Below are positions 25,101 to 38,072 of a stretch of 64,000 nucleotides of DNA, in pieces. The stretch's first letter is position 1; each line of letters starts with the position of its first letter. A program made the position numbers and the translations under genes. Source of the DNA: Podarcis gaigeae (lineage: Eukaryota); the NCBI GenBank assembly GCA_964106915.2, contig OZ066916.1. One strand, given 5' to 3'. The notes beneath the pieces were generated by a model. That model was given only the letters and a program-made list of their open reading frames with translations. It did not search any database and had not been told where the DNA came from.

Positions 25101-28100
25101 GACATATCAGAATTTGCCCCAGAATGAGATAGTTCAGTTATAGGCAGGCATCAACCACTGAGAACATATTACATTGATTCTGAAGCAGTTCCAGTGGATC
25201 CCAGTTAGATTCCCATATGTGAAGATCATCAAATGAGGGTCTGCTCTCACTACCACAACCTTCAGAGGTGAACTTGGCAAATATGAGGAACAGGGCTGTT
25301 TAAGTTGCACAACATATTGTTTTGAAGGCACAACTTACAATGTTTTATAAAGCTCACTTTTTCGTTGTTTTTGTTTTGTTTTACAAAGATCACAAAAACC
25401 TTTCCGTTTCAGGGGACTTTTGATCCAACTGATTGGTTTTCTCCCATTATGTTGTTGATTTTCAGGCTTAGACACAATGGTGTCAGTTCACTGCAGAATA
25501 GAATTCACTAGTACAATGACTTCCTTCCTCACCACCACCACCCCCAATCTTCTCTGGAGGTCCACTGAGGCAAAATTGCCATGGGGAGGGGTCTATCTTG
25601 GCTGAAACATTAGCGTATACTTTTGAAAAATAGATAAGTGATAGAATTTACAAGCATTATCAACATGAAAAGCTATTCCATTGTGATGCAGGCAAAAAGG
25701 CCAAGACCTACTATTAGCATTGAGTCAATGTGCCAAATGACTCCAGGAGCAGTCAAAGTCTCCATCATTCATGCAACTAGAAATCATTAACATTTCATCT
25801 GTGTCACAGCATGGGTACATTAAAATATGGAAAATATTTGAAGCACTTCATAAAGGCCTGGCTGCAGCTAGATGCAAATGTTTCCAAAATTCCATATCCA
25901 CTGTTTCCACCTTACCCAGCCACAAACCATAACTTTCTTTAAGTAGTTTCCCTATTCTAGGTTAACATCTTCCTATCACTAGATAGGCAGTATCTGTATC
26001 TATACAAGCCTCAGAAACCACAGAAAGTTACAAGTGAATCTTCTAACAGGGCTTCCTCTGTTCTCCTTGCACAACTCCATGCATCTTCTCCCAGAGATCG
26101 TTCTCTTACTATGTACATTCCATACATTTAAAGTACACCCCCCCCCCAAGAATCCTTGAAACAGTAGTTTACCCCTCACAGAGCTGCAATTCTCAGCACC
26201 CTTACCAAACCACAGTTCCCAGGATGCAAGTGCTTTTAATGTGTTTTAAATGTATGGTTTGTAGTATGCGGCCAGTATCCCCTCCAGTCCCACCTGGCTC
26301 ACACTTCCCTTTCATTCAAGGCACAATCCTTGAGAGTAAGCCACATTAAATATAGTGGGATTTACGGTATGTCTGAGTAGACATGCCTAGGAATTGGACT
26401 GTCAATCTCCATATGAACATCATTTCTGGCAACAGCACAAAATAGGGTCATTGGAATGAATTGGGCAAATTAATTTACTGCAAATCCGTTTTTATATATT
26501 AGCTTCCCTGACACTGCAGCCTGTAACTGGCTAACACGGAAATCAATGGAGATGACTAACTTAAGTCTATTGATTTCAGTTCGGCAAATGCAAAGCTTTG
26601 TCTTGGTGAACCTGCTTTGACCACAAATGCAATGATCAATGTTATCTCCTACGCAGGATTGTAACAAGACAAGGAGGAACTGTATACCTGGTGCCTCTGG
26701 CTGATGCCCTCAATCTAGGAACAAGGAAGTTAAAATAGAAAGGGATATGGAGTAGCCACAAGAAGCTATGGGGGAAAGGAAGGAGCATTACAACATTGAT
26801 TCCTAGCACTGGCAAATGGATAGGAGGCACTATGCCTTCTGGTCCAAGCAAACTGCTTGCTGGAAAGGTGCCAGGGAGGATGTTCTGCATCCTCTGGAAA
26901 CAATGTGTATCTTTCATGGTGAGTAGAGGCTGCCTATAATACATAATTTGTGGAATTAAGACAGAAGAGAAGTCTGGTCCAGAACCTCAATTTATTCATT
27001 ATCATTCTGCTGGCTGGGATCATTTAGGTTACATGGAAATGCCTCCATTTCCTTACCACATAAAATTCCAGCAGTTATGCAACGTGCCTTTCTATTCTAG
27101 AGGCATTTGTAAGAAGCCAGTAACACTTTTATTACAGAATGGATCACTTCCTCTAGGCTGATTTGTTTTTTCCTAGAAATATGACATTCCCACAGAAAGG
27201 ACAAGTGACGTGATTGTTTGACAACTGGCAAAAGTCTCTTGAAAATGTCAGAATCCAAAAAACTAAGTATGCAAAATTTAAATAATGCATGAGACAGCAC
27301 TAAATCTCCTCAGCAGACACAGAGTCTCTTTGTGTGGTGCAAGCCCTTTGCGACTCAAAACATGTACGTAACGTTCCTATGTTATGCTAAAAACTTCATT
27401 GTAAAGAAATGTCACTTGTGCTGGTACCAATTCAATCTGTAGGAGGTCCACAATCTCTAGAACATTTTTAATTAACTGTTAGAATATCAGAAGAATAGAG
27501 AATATCTAGAGATTGATAACTCTCTACAATTAAAAAGGCATGCTGCAAAAAAATCTGTAACTAAAACATAAAATATGATGAGCTCTTTTGCAAAAGAGTA
27601 AGTCTTTGAGCGTTGCAGTTCTCAGAGATTGAAAAGATGAGTGCTATTTCCTTCAGCATTGGAGGTATAAATCATTATTCAGTTTTATGGGGGGGGGAAG
27701 GAAAAAATATCCAATATTTACAGAGAGATGCATTGGACTCTTATAACTTTGTTAAACTAAGTTTTGTAACCTCAGAAGGCTAAATGCATTTGCAAAAGGT
27801 AGGCTACATCATCTCCTGGAATAAACTGGCCCAAAACACATCAACGTTTACCTACAAAAACTACACTGTGCATTAATTTCAATTCAAAACATAATGCAGT
27901 TGTTCACAAAACAAGTATAAAATGTTTGAGTGCTTGTTCTGATGACTTGCTTTTAATGACATGGAGTACTTTAAATGGTAAATTGGTTCCTCTGCTTTGA
28001 TCAGTTATTCTGAGGCCCTGATATCCAATATTTGTAATATCTTTAAGACAATGCTGGGATATTATTTTCAGACATAGGTCAGTTGTCAATTTTTCAAAGA

Positions 28101-28766
28101 ATGGTTATGCAAATTACAGCTAATAGTATAGTTTCTGTCAGAAGTTTTTGTCCCAAAATTGCAGTAATAATAATAATAATAATAATCTTATATTCTGTTT
28201 AAATTAATCTATTTAACAGATATAGTATAGAGCATGTTCTTGTCATTTGACATTAATACCTCAAGGCAAACAAGTTAGCTCTTGCCAGAACTGCTCTTAC
28301 CACCTCCTCTCCATGGGAAAAACAGATTAGAAAAACAGTAGCTCTCAGAAAAAGTTGATTGTTAGCCATCTACTGGGTTTCCATTCATTACAATTGCTGC
28401 GTTTATCATTATGTTTTATTTCTAGTGTATGACCCATGGTTTTGGCTCAGGCTATGAAAAAAAAGGGGGAAATGGAAAACTCCAAGGGGGGTTGGGGCAT
28501 AGGAAGGAGAATGATGAGGTGAAATATTCCAATTCATTTTTTAAGCTAACTATGCCAAAATTTGAAATTGATCCAGCACCAACAATTGCAAGGAAAAGCA
28601 GTAAGTAGCTTTGTAGAATATGGTATTATATGGCAGTGCATCTGCCATATAATAACAGCAATATTATGTTCCATTTCAGGACGAAATCTTAGTATTGGTT
28701 ACATGAAGGATGTGTGTCAGGTACAATGTAGTCCTCTGGTGGACCACTGGCCAATTTCTGGTAGAC

Positions 28767-28902
28767 CAGGGTTTCCCAAATTTGGGTCTCCAGGTGTTTT
28801 TGGACTACAACGCCCATCACTCCTAGCTAGCAGGACCAGTGGTTAGGGATGATGGGAATTGTAGTCCAAAAACAGCTGGAGACCCAACTTTGGGAAACCC
28901 TG
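28767..28902. mobile_element. Palindromic hAT-type MITE
   Basis: cagggtttcccaaa...tttgggaaaccctg fold-back; TSD tggtagac/tggtagag (7/8). Confidence 0.85.
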
Positions 28903-29006
28903 TGGTAGAGCTTCTAGCTAGCACCTGCTGGTTACTGGGATTTCTGCAAAGTGTGTTGAACTCTATGAACTTTAATCTGATTTCCAACATGAGGCATCCC
29001 TTACGT

Positions 29007-29093
29007 TAGTGGTTTTCATCCAGTGTGCCATGGCACCCTGGGGTGCCTTTAATGATGGTCAGAGGTGCAGCAGGCAAAACTGACCTCTGTCCC

Positions 29094-29133
<40 letters not shown>

Positions 29134-29536
29134 TCCCTCCCTCCTCTGATGCCCTCTTGCATCTCTGCCTCCCAAAGGCTTACACAGCTGTTGGTTGCAG
29201 CAGCCCAGGCTACAAGCTCCCCAGGTGAATAGGTGGTGTGTAGGTGGTGCTTCCCAGGCCCCTGTGGGGCAGTGTGAGGAGGCACCTCTCTTTGGGGCAG
29301 TGGGGGCAGCTCAGAGACCAGGGGCAGCAGCAGCAGCTGTCCAGAGGACTCCCAAGGGGAGAGGAGAGGAGGCTGAGGGAACACTCCACAAGGGAGAGTG
29401 TTCAAAAAAGGGTGAGAGGCTGCCAGCTCTTCAGGCAAGGGGTGACATAACTGGGCTCCTGAGCCCCACTGGGGTACCGCAAAAAGAATGTAGTTGGTCA
29501 AGGGAGCCACAGACTCAAAAAGTTAGAAAACCTCTG
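29007..29536. mobile_element. hAT-type non-autonomous element containing a (TTTC)n tract
   Basis: Imperfect TIR tagtggttttc / gaaaacctctg; TSD ccttacgt/cattacgt (7/8). Confidence 0.7.
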
Positions 29537-29643
29537 CATTACGTTAATAAGCAAGAATGTACACTCAGGATCACTTAACATAGTTATGCCTTAACTATTA
29601 ACAGACCCTGAGAACACACTCTTTATACATTTTAAACACATTA

Positions 29644-29876
29644 CAGTGGTTACATACGCTTCAGGTTACAGACGCTTCCGGTTACAGACTCCGCTAACCC
29701 AGAAATAGTACCTCAGGTTAAGAACTTTGCTTCAGGATGAGAACAGAAATCGTGCTCCGGTGGCGTGGCAGTAGCAGGAGGCCCCATTAGCTAAAGTGGT
29801 GTTTCAGGTTAAGAACAGTTTCAGGTTAAGTACGGACCTCTGGAACGAATTAAGTACTTAACCTGAGGTACCACTG
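29644..29876. mobile_element. Tigger-like MITE, left TIR partly deleted
   Basis: Homologous to 6374 copy in opposite orientation; TA flanks. Confidence 0.85.
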
Positions 29877-32549
29877 TACTTTTAGCAGCTTCTAACTCCC
29901 AGACAGTGAGCAGCTTCCAGGAAACAGAATATTCTTGGGGTGGGGAACAAAGTTATATTAGGGTCTAGGTGGGTAGACAAAGAATGCAGACATACACACC
30001 AAGTCCCATACTATGGGGTGAATTTAGAAGCGCTATAAAGTAAGTTTGTGTGTGACTCTGTGGGGTCAGTACAGAGATCTAAAAGTTCATCTGCTGTAAC
30101 ATGGATCACTCTTACAAAGTTATGCATCGTTTGTCCATGAAGCCAGACTGACAGGGACACCATTTCAGGTTTCAATAGCGAAGAGTTTTCAGTGTTGGGA
30201 AGACAAGATGCGTAGCTAGTTAGGAACATAAGCAACTAGATAGCTAGAAATGTGACGTTGCGCAACAATGGCCTCTGGGCAGTTACGGCATTCCAAGCAG
30301 TCACCTTCCATTAAACTAAACTTTATGTTAAATGAATTATGGCAGTGGGAGGTGTCCAACCAACCAATTCCATTAGCACACAGACTTCTGACTACACAAT
30401 GGATCATCCAAACAGAAATCCTTGCACTAACAGAACTGGTTCACTGGATACCACCCAGTGTTTTCCACCAGTTGGGCTTGAGCCACTTTCAGATGAGCCT
30501 CAGTGGCACAGCCCATAAAGTGTCTCCTCATAGGCCTTGCCTGCCCTCTAGCCATGTCATAGCTTTCCAGCTGGACCAAGAAAAGATGACTGCTTGCTAA
30601 GAAAAGATGACTGAGAGACAGTTAAGTTTGATGGGAGGAGGAAAAAAGGCCACAGCAGGTATTGAAGGAAAATTAAACCATGAAAGGTTAATATTTATTA
30701 ATAACGAATAATTAAGCAAGTGAAGTGGAGTTATAAAGGAAGGTGATAAGACTCTGCATCTCTTATTCATGGGCTGGACATTTCCAGATCACCATTTGAA
30801 AAAAGGAACTGCATTGTCAAAAAAAGAGAACAAGAGGACAAACTTGCATAAATCTGCACATACTAATGAGTATAGAAATAAACCTAGAAATAATTGCAAA
30901 CACAATACATCTCACCATGGTAGGGAAGATTGTGCCTTGGCGACTTGTGTACCTGCTCAGTCCACAGTCCAGTCCAGCTGATGGGCAGCTTTATGGTACT
31001 TTACCTCCCTTCTTATGGCTCTTTCTCTAAACCAGAATTGGAATGGACAGTCCTTTAAACAGAAGACTGTCTTCTGAAAAGTAGGACATGTGTCCATCCC
31101 ACTTACAAGTTTCCATTAAGTTATCAAGCTAGGAGTAACCTTTATCTTTTCTTATGTTATTTCTTATCACTAAGGGTTTTTTAATTAGCCCTTTGTGAAA
31201 ATCCATCCTATTCTAGTACTTTTTGCTTTCCACCCCTTGTTCTTTCAAGACCATCCTTATACCGTAACTTGGTGTTCTCTCACACACAATAAGCCTACAA
31301 GTCTTTCATCCCACCCATTGAAGGCAGCTTGCTCTAAGAGTATACAGGATGGGCTGGGGAGAAAACTAACTCTATTTCTGTGCTGTTAATTGTACTGTAA
31401 TCATCATGCCCAGTTCAAAACGTTGCCACGTCTCCTCTGGCACTCCAATTTAATCATATATATTTTTTGACATTTTGTTTTTTATGTGCTCAGCCAGAGC
31501 TCTGTTCACTTTCATCATAAAACAATCCAGAATCAAAAACTTCTCAAGAGCTCCAAAAACTCAGCTACAACATGTTTGCATAGCTTTCTTATCCAGCTGA
31601 AGAATAAACACATTCCAGAGGATGAACATTCTAAAAACTATTCATATAAATTATAGAAGTCGTCATCATCCGCCACCGAAAGAGGCAAGCGGGATTTCCA
31701 AGTTATATTTCGATAATGGAGAAGTTCGCACAACATGTGATATTTAAGTCTGGAAGATGGAAGCCAGGCCATCTACAGACCCAAATATATGTAGGATGTA
31801 TACTTCATTATGCCTTATCAATAAAGCTGAATAGTTATGTTAAACATGCGTATATACAGAGATAAAAAAAATTGGAGGATTGGAGGGAGAAGGGAGGGTT
31901 TTGATTAGAGTCATATTAATGTTTATATTAAAAAGTTAACTTGTAGCAGCTGGGGGTTTGTTTATTTTAATCAGTATTTAGGGAATAAATTATTAGGGCA
32001 TCAAGGATGTTTTTTATGCATTCCCTTGAGTTCTTGGCCTGACTTTCCTGTTTAAATCAGTGTGTTGTTTTAATCGGATTTCTTTGTTTGATATTTTAGT
32101 GGGATTGTTTTATTGTGTGTTTTAAAAGAGCTACTCCCAGAAAAGAAAATCGAAAATTATGCACCCTAGACATGGCATTGTGCATGTGCAAAGGCCTCTT
32201 AGGATTCCAACTTATGAATATATTAGGAGTAAATAAGTTTGTTCACTACCTTCTTTGATATGGGGATGGGGGGAGGAGTCTGGAAATAAAACTCAGTTTT
32301 ATATGGCCTGGGATGTGCTTCCTTGTTTCATTCTATTGTGCTTGAATCTTTTGACATGTTCTGTCAGATTTTTATTGGCACTCTTAATCCCCCAATAATA
32401 CAAAGTTTATCCTTATTTCTTGATACTGCTGCAATTCCTGCTTCTCTGCATTCCTCTCGCTGGTTGGTGGGTGGGGGGCATGTGGAAGCATCTGTAGGGG
32501 AGTGTCTGCATAGCAGTTCACCCCATAAAATGGGATTGTAAGAAACAGC

Positions 32550-32855
32550 CATTCATAAGCAGTGCATAGTTAAACTATGAAATTCACCCAGAAGAAGTAG
32601 TGATAGCCACCAACTGAATGCTTTTAAAGGAGGATTAGGCAAATTCTTGGAGGATAGGGCTATGAACAGCTGCTAGCTATGATGGGTATGTTCTACCTCC
32701 ATTGTAGAAGGAAGCACTGCTTGCTAGGAAACACAAGTAGGGAGAGAGCTGTTGCACTCAGGTCCTGCTTGTGGGCTTCCTGTATACATATGGTTGGCCA
32801 TTATTAAAGGAGGAGGATGGGTTACATGGGCCTTTGGCTTGATCCAGCATGTAAC
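32550..32855 (+). mobile_element. Decayed CR1-like LINE 3' fragment
   Basis: gccaccaact...ttttaaaggaggattaggcaaattcttggaggatagggctat...gggcctttggcttgatccagca resembles squamate CR1 3' ends; related pieces near 38365 and 55380; ends approximate. Confidence 0.55.
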
Positions 32856-33370
32856 GCTGTATGTAAAGAATTGCATAATCTTTACTATGTAAATGGCGAC
32901 ACCCCTGTGCAAGATAGTGAGAACCCAAGAACTTCAGAAGAGGAGCCAGCTGTCTGGCGTTGCCTGCTTCCCAGAGGGATGCCTGAACTATTCTTCTCTC
33001 CTTGCAGGATTGGAGCCCTTGCTGAACAATCCCTCCTGCTCCACCCCCAGCTGAACTGGGTCATCTAGCTGGGTTGATGACATAAAAGCCAGGCTGCAGT
33101 GGGGGCTGGCACACCATTGGCAGGGGTGAAATCAGCAGGGGGAACCACAAAGGGAAGTTTCCTGTTGCCTTGGCAGGCAATTCTGCTGAAGCGTTGGCGG
33201 ATCTGTATAATGGAGAAATGACCAGGGCGGTGGACACAATTGCTCCTTAGCACCCCCTCTCATGGGGTAGAGGCAAATCAGCCCCCTGGTTCTCTAGGGA
33301 GTTGATAACAATTAAACATGTGAGGCAGTGACTACAGCGAAGTTGGCGGAAAACTCAGGGTGGGTACGAC

Positions 33371-33506
33371 CAGGGCTTTTTTAAAGCTGGAACTCACTGG
33401 AACTCAATTCTGGCCCCTCTCAGATGGGCACCATTGCCATTCTATGAAAATAAGGGAAGCGTTCATGGTGAGTTCTGGCACCTCTTTTTCTAGAAAAATG
33501 GCACGG
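33371..33506. mobile_element. hAT-type MITE
   Basis: cagggctttttt / aaaaatggcacgg ends; TSD ggtacgac/gatacgac (7/8); second copy at 17570. Confidence 0.75.
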
Positions 33507-33913
33507 GATACGACGAAGACAAGCTAGAGCCTCTTCGACGACCTACTCTGTGCCATTGTGAGCAGTAACAAATAAAAAGTAAAAAAAATCTCTCAACCCT
33601 CCAGAGCATATTTGGGGAAGACGTAGGGCATGCATAGTGGGAGGAGGGGTGGAAACACCATTTTGCAAGCACATGTGCATTTTTGTAAGCATTATTTGGT
33701 TAGACAACTGCATCACAAAATTTGGACAAGTGTGAATTTTGAAGGATGGATGCGTTTTGGTTTTCCTGTTGTTTCAGAATGTGTGAATTTGATAGATTTA
33801 TCTCTAAATGCAAACTGAATCAAATTTCTCCCCCAGCCCTAGTGGGGATACAAAGAGAAATAGGATATTGCTCATGATTTCTGATGGAATAAAAAATAAT
33901 AATTGTATAAATA

Positions 33914-34139
33914 CAGTGGTACCTCAGGATACAGCTGCTTCAGGTTACAGACTCCACTAACCCAGAAATAGTATCTCGGGTTAAGAACTTTGCTTCAGGA
34001 TGAGAACAGAAATTGTGCGGCGGCCGCATGGCAGCAGCAGGAGGCCCCATTAGCTAAAGTGGTACCTCAGGTTAAGAACAGTTTCAGGTTAAGAACAGAC
34101 CTCCAGAACAAATTAAGTTCTTAACCCAAGGTACCCCTG
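33914..34139. mobile_element. Tigger-like MITE
   Basis: TA-cagtggtacctc...ggtacccctg-TA; homologous to other copies. Confidence 0.85.
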
Positions 34140-35016
34140 TAGCCTGGAAGATGTCTGGGATCACTATGGGATAGCACTGTAATAAACCATTTCTCTTTGC
34201 ACACCAGGCTATATCCTTCACAAACAGAAACATTGCATTCTGAAAGGGAGCTGCAAACAAAGCCTCCCTCTTCTGGCTAGGATCACGGAGGATAAGGTTC
34301 TAACTCGCTTAACCAATCTATGGCACACTTCTGATTTGAAAACCTCCATATGTTTTGTTTTGTTTTTAAAATTCTGACATGATTAATGTGCCCATGCACT
34401 ACCTTGACATTGCGCATATCATTAGCAATGAAAATATTATCACTGAGAACTCACATCCTGTGTGGTAACCTGCATCCCACAGTATAATGATTCATTATCA
34501 TTTTATTTCTGACACCTTACTAACAAAACCAAAAACCTACACAGATTCAGAGTACCACTGCAAAGCTGTGTTGGCAAACAGTAGAAGCAAAGAGAAATAA
34601 AGTGGTTCCTTATGTTGCACAATGACAAGCAGAGCCACACACCCTGCTCCACCCCCCCACCCCCACTGTGGGGTAAGCATGGCAATATAAACATAGGAAA
34701 CTGTATGTCTTACCATGGTTTCATCTAGCCCAACCTTGTACACTCTGCCTGGCAGCCCCCCGGCCAGGTTTATCCATTTCTCCTCCAGGCCTTTTAGAGG
34801 ACTTATGCATACAACAGCCAGGGGGAGATGAAAGGGACCCTTATACATCTAAGACACACTCTGTTACTTAGCTATGGCCCCTTCCCCACAACTGTACCCC
34901 TCCTTTTCCCCAGAAACATAGCCTTGCCTTGGAAAAAGATCTAGGACCAATTCACAATCAGTGGAAGAATCATACATCCAGACAGTGAAATGCTAAGAAT
35001 GTGTCCAATATCAATA

Positions 35017-35259
35017 CAGTCGTACCTTGGAAGTCAAACAAAATCTGTTCTATAAGTCCATTCAACTTCCAAAATGTTCGCAAACCAAAGCACAACTTTT
35101 GATTGGCTGCAGGAAGCTCCTGCAGCCAATCGGAAGCCGCGGAAGCCCCATCAGACATTCAGGTTCCAACAAATGTTCGCAAACCGGAACACTCACTTCC
35201 AGGTTTGTGGCGTTCAGGAGCCAAAACGTTTGAGTACCAGGGGGTTCGGGATCCAAGGT
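35017..35259. mobile_element. Second Tigger-like MITE family (CAGTCGTACCTTGG), right tip lost
   Basis: TA-cagtcgtaccttgg left end, ccaaggt remnant on the right; internal perfect hairpin gattggctgcagga-agc-tcctgcagccaatc (35101-35131). Confidence 0.7.
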
Positions 35260-35459
35260 GTCTTTCAGTCATATGTCTACATTAATGGTTATACAAAGAA
35301 AGATTGCATTGAAACAACTGAAAATGACTATGGCAAAAAAATAAAAATAAAATCCTAGGTCTCCACATGTCATAATCCAAGAGGGATATCTGTTCACAAG
35401 TGTATCTTCAGTACCAACTACCAGCATCAGCAGCAAGGTATGTGATTCAGCTGTTTTAC

Positions 35460-35732
35460 CTTCAAGAGTGACTCCTTGTCCAGGGAGAGCATCGCCTGCT
35501 CCAGATGCGTACAATGCAGCCACAGACAAATCGTATCTTGTTCCTGGCTCCAGGTCTCTGAGAACTGTACTGGTGGTAGTTCCGCTTACGGTCACTTCCT
35601 TAGTTTCACCTCCTGTTGCTGGAGTATACGTAACAAAGTATCTCTGTACTTTGCCAGGAGCTGGACTCCAAGATAATCTCAACGAGGATGTCGTAGCATC
35701 AGAAACCTTCAAGTCTCTTGGTCTTCCCAAAA
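35460..35732 (-). CDS. COL12A1: COL12A1 exon 13, whole FN3 ([27 protein letters not shown]...[17 protein letters not shown])
   Basis: gtgcag acceptor, AAG|gtaaaa donor, 273 nt. Confidence 0.96.
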
Positions 35733-36065
35733 CTGCACATGTTTAAAAAAAGAAGAACATTAGAAACTGACAAAGAACTTCCTTGCAATAATAATTAGCT
35801 ATCTTTAAGGTCTCCTGTGAAATGTCTGTGATGTAAACTATTAATCGCAACTAACATTTAGGAAAGCAATCAATCGACACAGGGTAGCATTTAAATATGG
35901 CAGCCAAGTCAGGACAACAACCTCCTGAAGCAGCCTGATAATGCAAGGTGTCACTTTTTAGCTGAGTGAAAGCAGAGCAATATGTGCATTTTTGACAGGA
36001 GTGAAATGCAAATGAAACTGAATGAAATCTGAGAGATAGGGGGAAATGTGCCTCAAACGGCTAGA

Positions 36066-36196
36066 CAGGGATGGGGAACCTGTGGCCCTCCAGATGTTCA
36101 CAACTCCCATCAGCCCCAGAAAGCATGGTCCACGTCAGAGATCATGGGAGTTGGTAGTCCAAACAAACCTGGAGTACTACAGATTCCCCACCCCTG
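36066..36196. mobile_element. Older diverged palindromic hAT-type MITE (similar decayed copies near 5640, 6170, 24220, 38185, 52850, 53130)
   Basis: cagggatggggaacctgtggccctccagatgtt...ttccccacccctg fold-back with the shared aactcccatca core. Confidence 0.65.
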
Positions 36197-36486
36197 CCCT
36201 AGACAAAGAACATAGTTGGTTGAGGCTTTGCTGCCGTGGTAAGAATTGCTAGACACACTCTTTTTCAATGCAGGGGGGTCAGCTTCAGCCCACTTCACAC
36301 ACTGAAGTTTTAAATACAATGGTCTAATATATACCAAGTGCCAAAACACCCTGAATCACAGAGATACATGCACAAGGGAGCCAGCTGGGTTTATTATTGC
36401 TTCCTATCATATTTAAATGTCACAGCAACTCTTCTGCTGTTGAGTTTTGTGTGGAGTCCCAAAAAACAATTACATTAATGGCTTAC

Positions 36487-36759
36487 CTTCCTCAGTTTTT
36501 CCATGTCCATTCAGTGGCTTTCCAGCCCCAGACTGGTACTCAGCAGTAACAGAGACTTCGTATCTTGTATCTGGTTTCAGATTCTGTAGTGTTGTTGCTC
36601 TTTCATTTGCTGGGACTGTCACTTGTCTTCTCTCACCACCAGCGACTGGCCTGTAAGCAAGCCTGTATCTGAGAACACTGCCTGGAGCAGGTGACCACCC
36701 AACCTTGAAACTATCCGTTGTCTCATCTGTTACTCTTAAGTTTCGTGGTGATCCCCTGA
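36487..36759 (-). CDS. COL12A1: COL12A1 exon 12, whole FN3 ([27 protein letters not shown]...[17 protein letters not shown])
   Basis: Manual translation; ttttatag acceptor, AAG|gtaagc donor, 273 nt. Confidence 0.96.
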
Positions 36760-37796
36760 CTATAAAAGAAATATAAAATATAAAAGCACAAATGAAATGG
36801 TTTAATCTGGTTGTTTTTATTGTTTTTAATAAAATTTTATCTGTCTTGGTTTTTATGATTTTTTACTTATATTTTATTGCTGTTTTGCTGGTTAGATTTA
36901 ATGTTTTGCTGGTTAGATTTAATATTTATACCCTGCTTTCCTATTAAAACAATGCTCAAAGCAGATTACACAATACAAAGCAACAAAAATTTAACACACA
37001 ACATTTTTTATATTAGCTGCTTTGAACACCAGTGGAAAGGTAGGGTCCAAATTTTACCAATAAATTTAATTTTAAATCAGATTATCTCATTGGGTGAGGG
37101 GGGATAGTACTATATTAAGTTATGCCTTTCAACCAGAACTGGGATACAGAGGATTCTGCACATACTGTTCCTCGACATCATTTGAGATTCCACCCAAAAA
37201 ATAGCACAATAAAACCACTACTTTCTACATCAATAGTATTATCAAATAGTATTATCAATATGTAGGAGGAATGAGAAAGAAAGGGCATTGGCAGGAAAGT
37301 GGGATTTCCCATAAATATGAAATTTAATCCATTTGAAGTGCTGAAAAATCAGCTTCAATATGGAGTTATCCGTCTTTGTTCTACCACCTCAGGAACGCCA
37401 AATTGGTTTGTGATACAGGACTTTCCAAATAAGAAAGATACAATGTATAGCCTCTCTCTAGAAAACACAGGGAAGTGGACCCAAGAAACTCAAATGACCA
37501 AAGGGTTTTAATGTATCTGTTAGATTAGTAAATACACCTTGCAGCCTTGTACCTTTTCTCATTTACCAATGGTAAATCTCTTGGTATGTTCCTCATATAC
37601 AGTTCTGCCTTAGACAGCTGTTATCTGAACACAATACATACTGATTCATATTCAACCATGGCTACTTGGTGTGTGCCAAAGTAGCCATGGTGTGTGTTTG
37701 GTGGGGCAGCAAACACATCTCTATGGTAACACATACATAGGGCCCCTATCTTGGTTTTCAGGAAGGAGAATTGATGCAGGACAATAGGAACAATAC

Positions 37797-38072
37797 CTTC
37801 TAAAGTTGTTTCTTCCCCATTCAAAGGAGGTCCATCGCCATCTTCATATTCTGCAATCACACTGACTGTGTATGTGGTTTGTGGTAGTAAATTGGTAAGA
37901 ACTGTACTAGTAAGCGGAGCTGGTACAGAAACAAAGTATTCGTCTTCACCAATAGCCACCTTGTACTTGACAAGGTAAGATAAAACACCAGGTCCTGCTG
38001 GAGACCAGCTCGTTTTGAAGCTGTTAGATGTCACTTCTGAAAACTTCAGATCCCTTGCTCCCAAGTGAATTG
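37797..38072 (-). CDS. COL12A1: COL12A1 exon 11, whole FN3 (AIHLGARDLKFSEVTSNSFKTSWSPAG...LNGEETTLE)
   Basis: tttttcag acceptor, AAG|gtattg donor, 276 nt. Confidence 0.96.

Noticed and set aside
29049-29578. 153-aa and 127-aa ORFs
   Set aside because: Lie within a non-autonomous hAT element and a TTTC tract; no transposase motifs.
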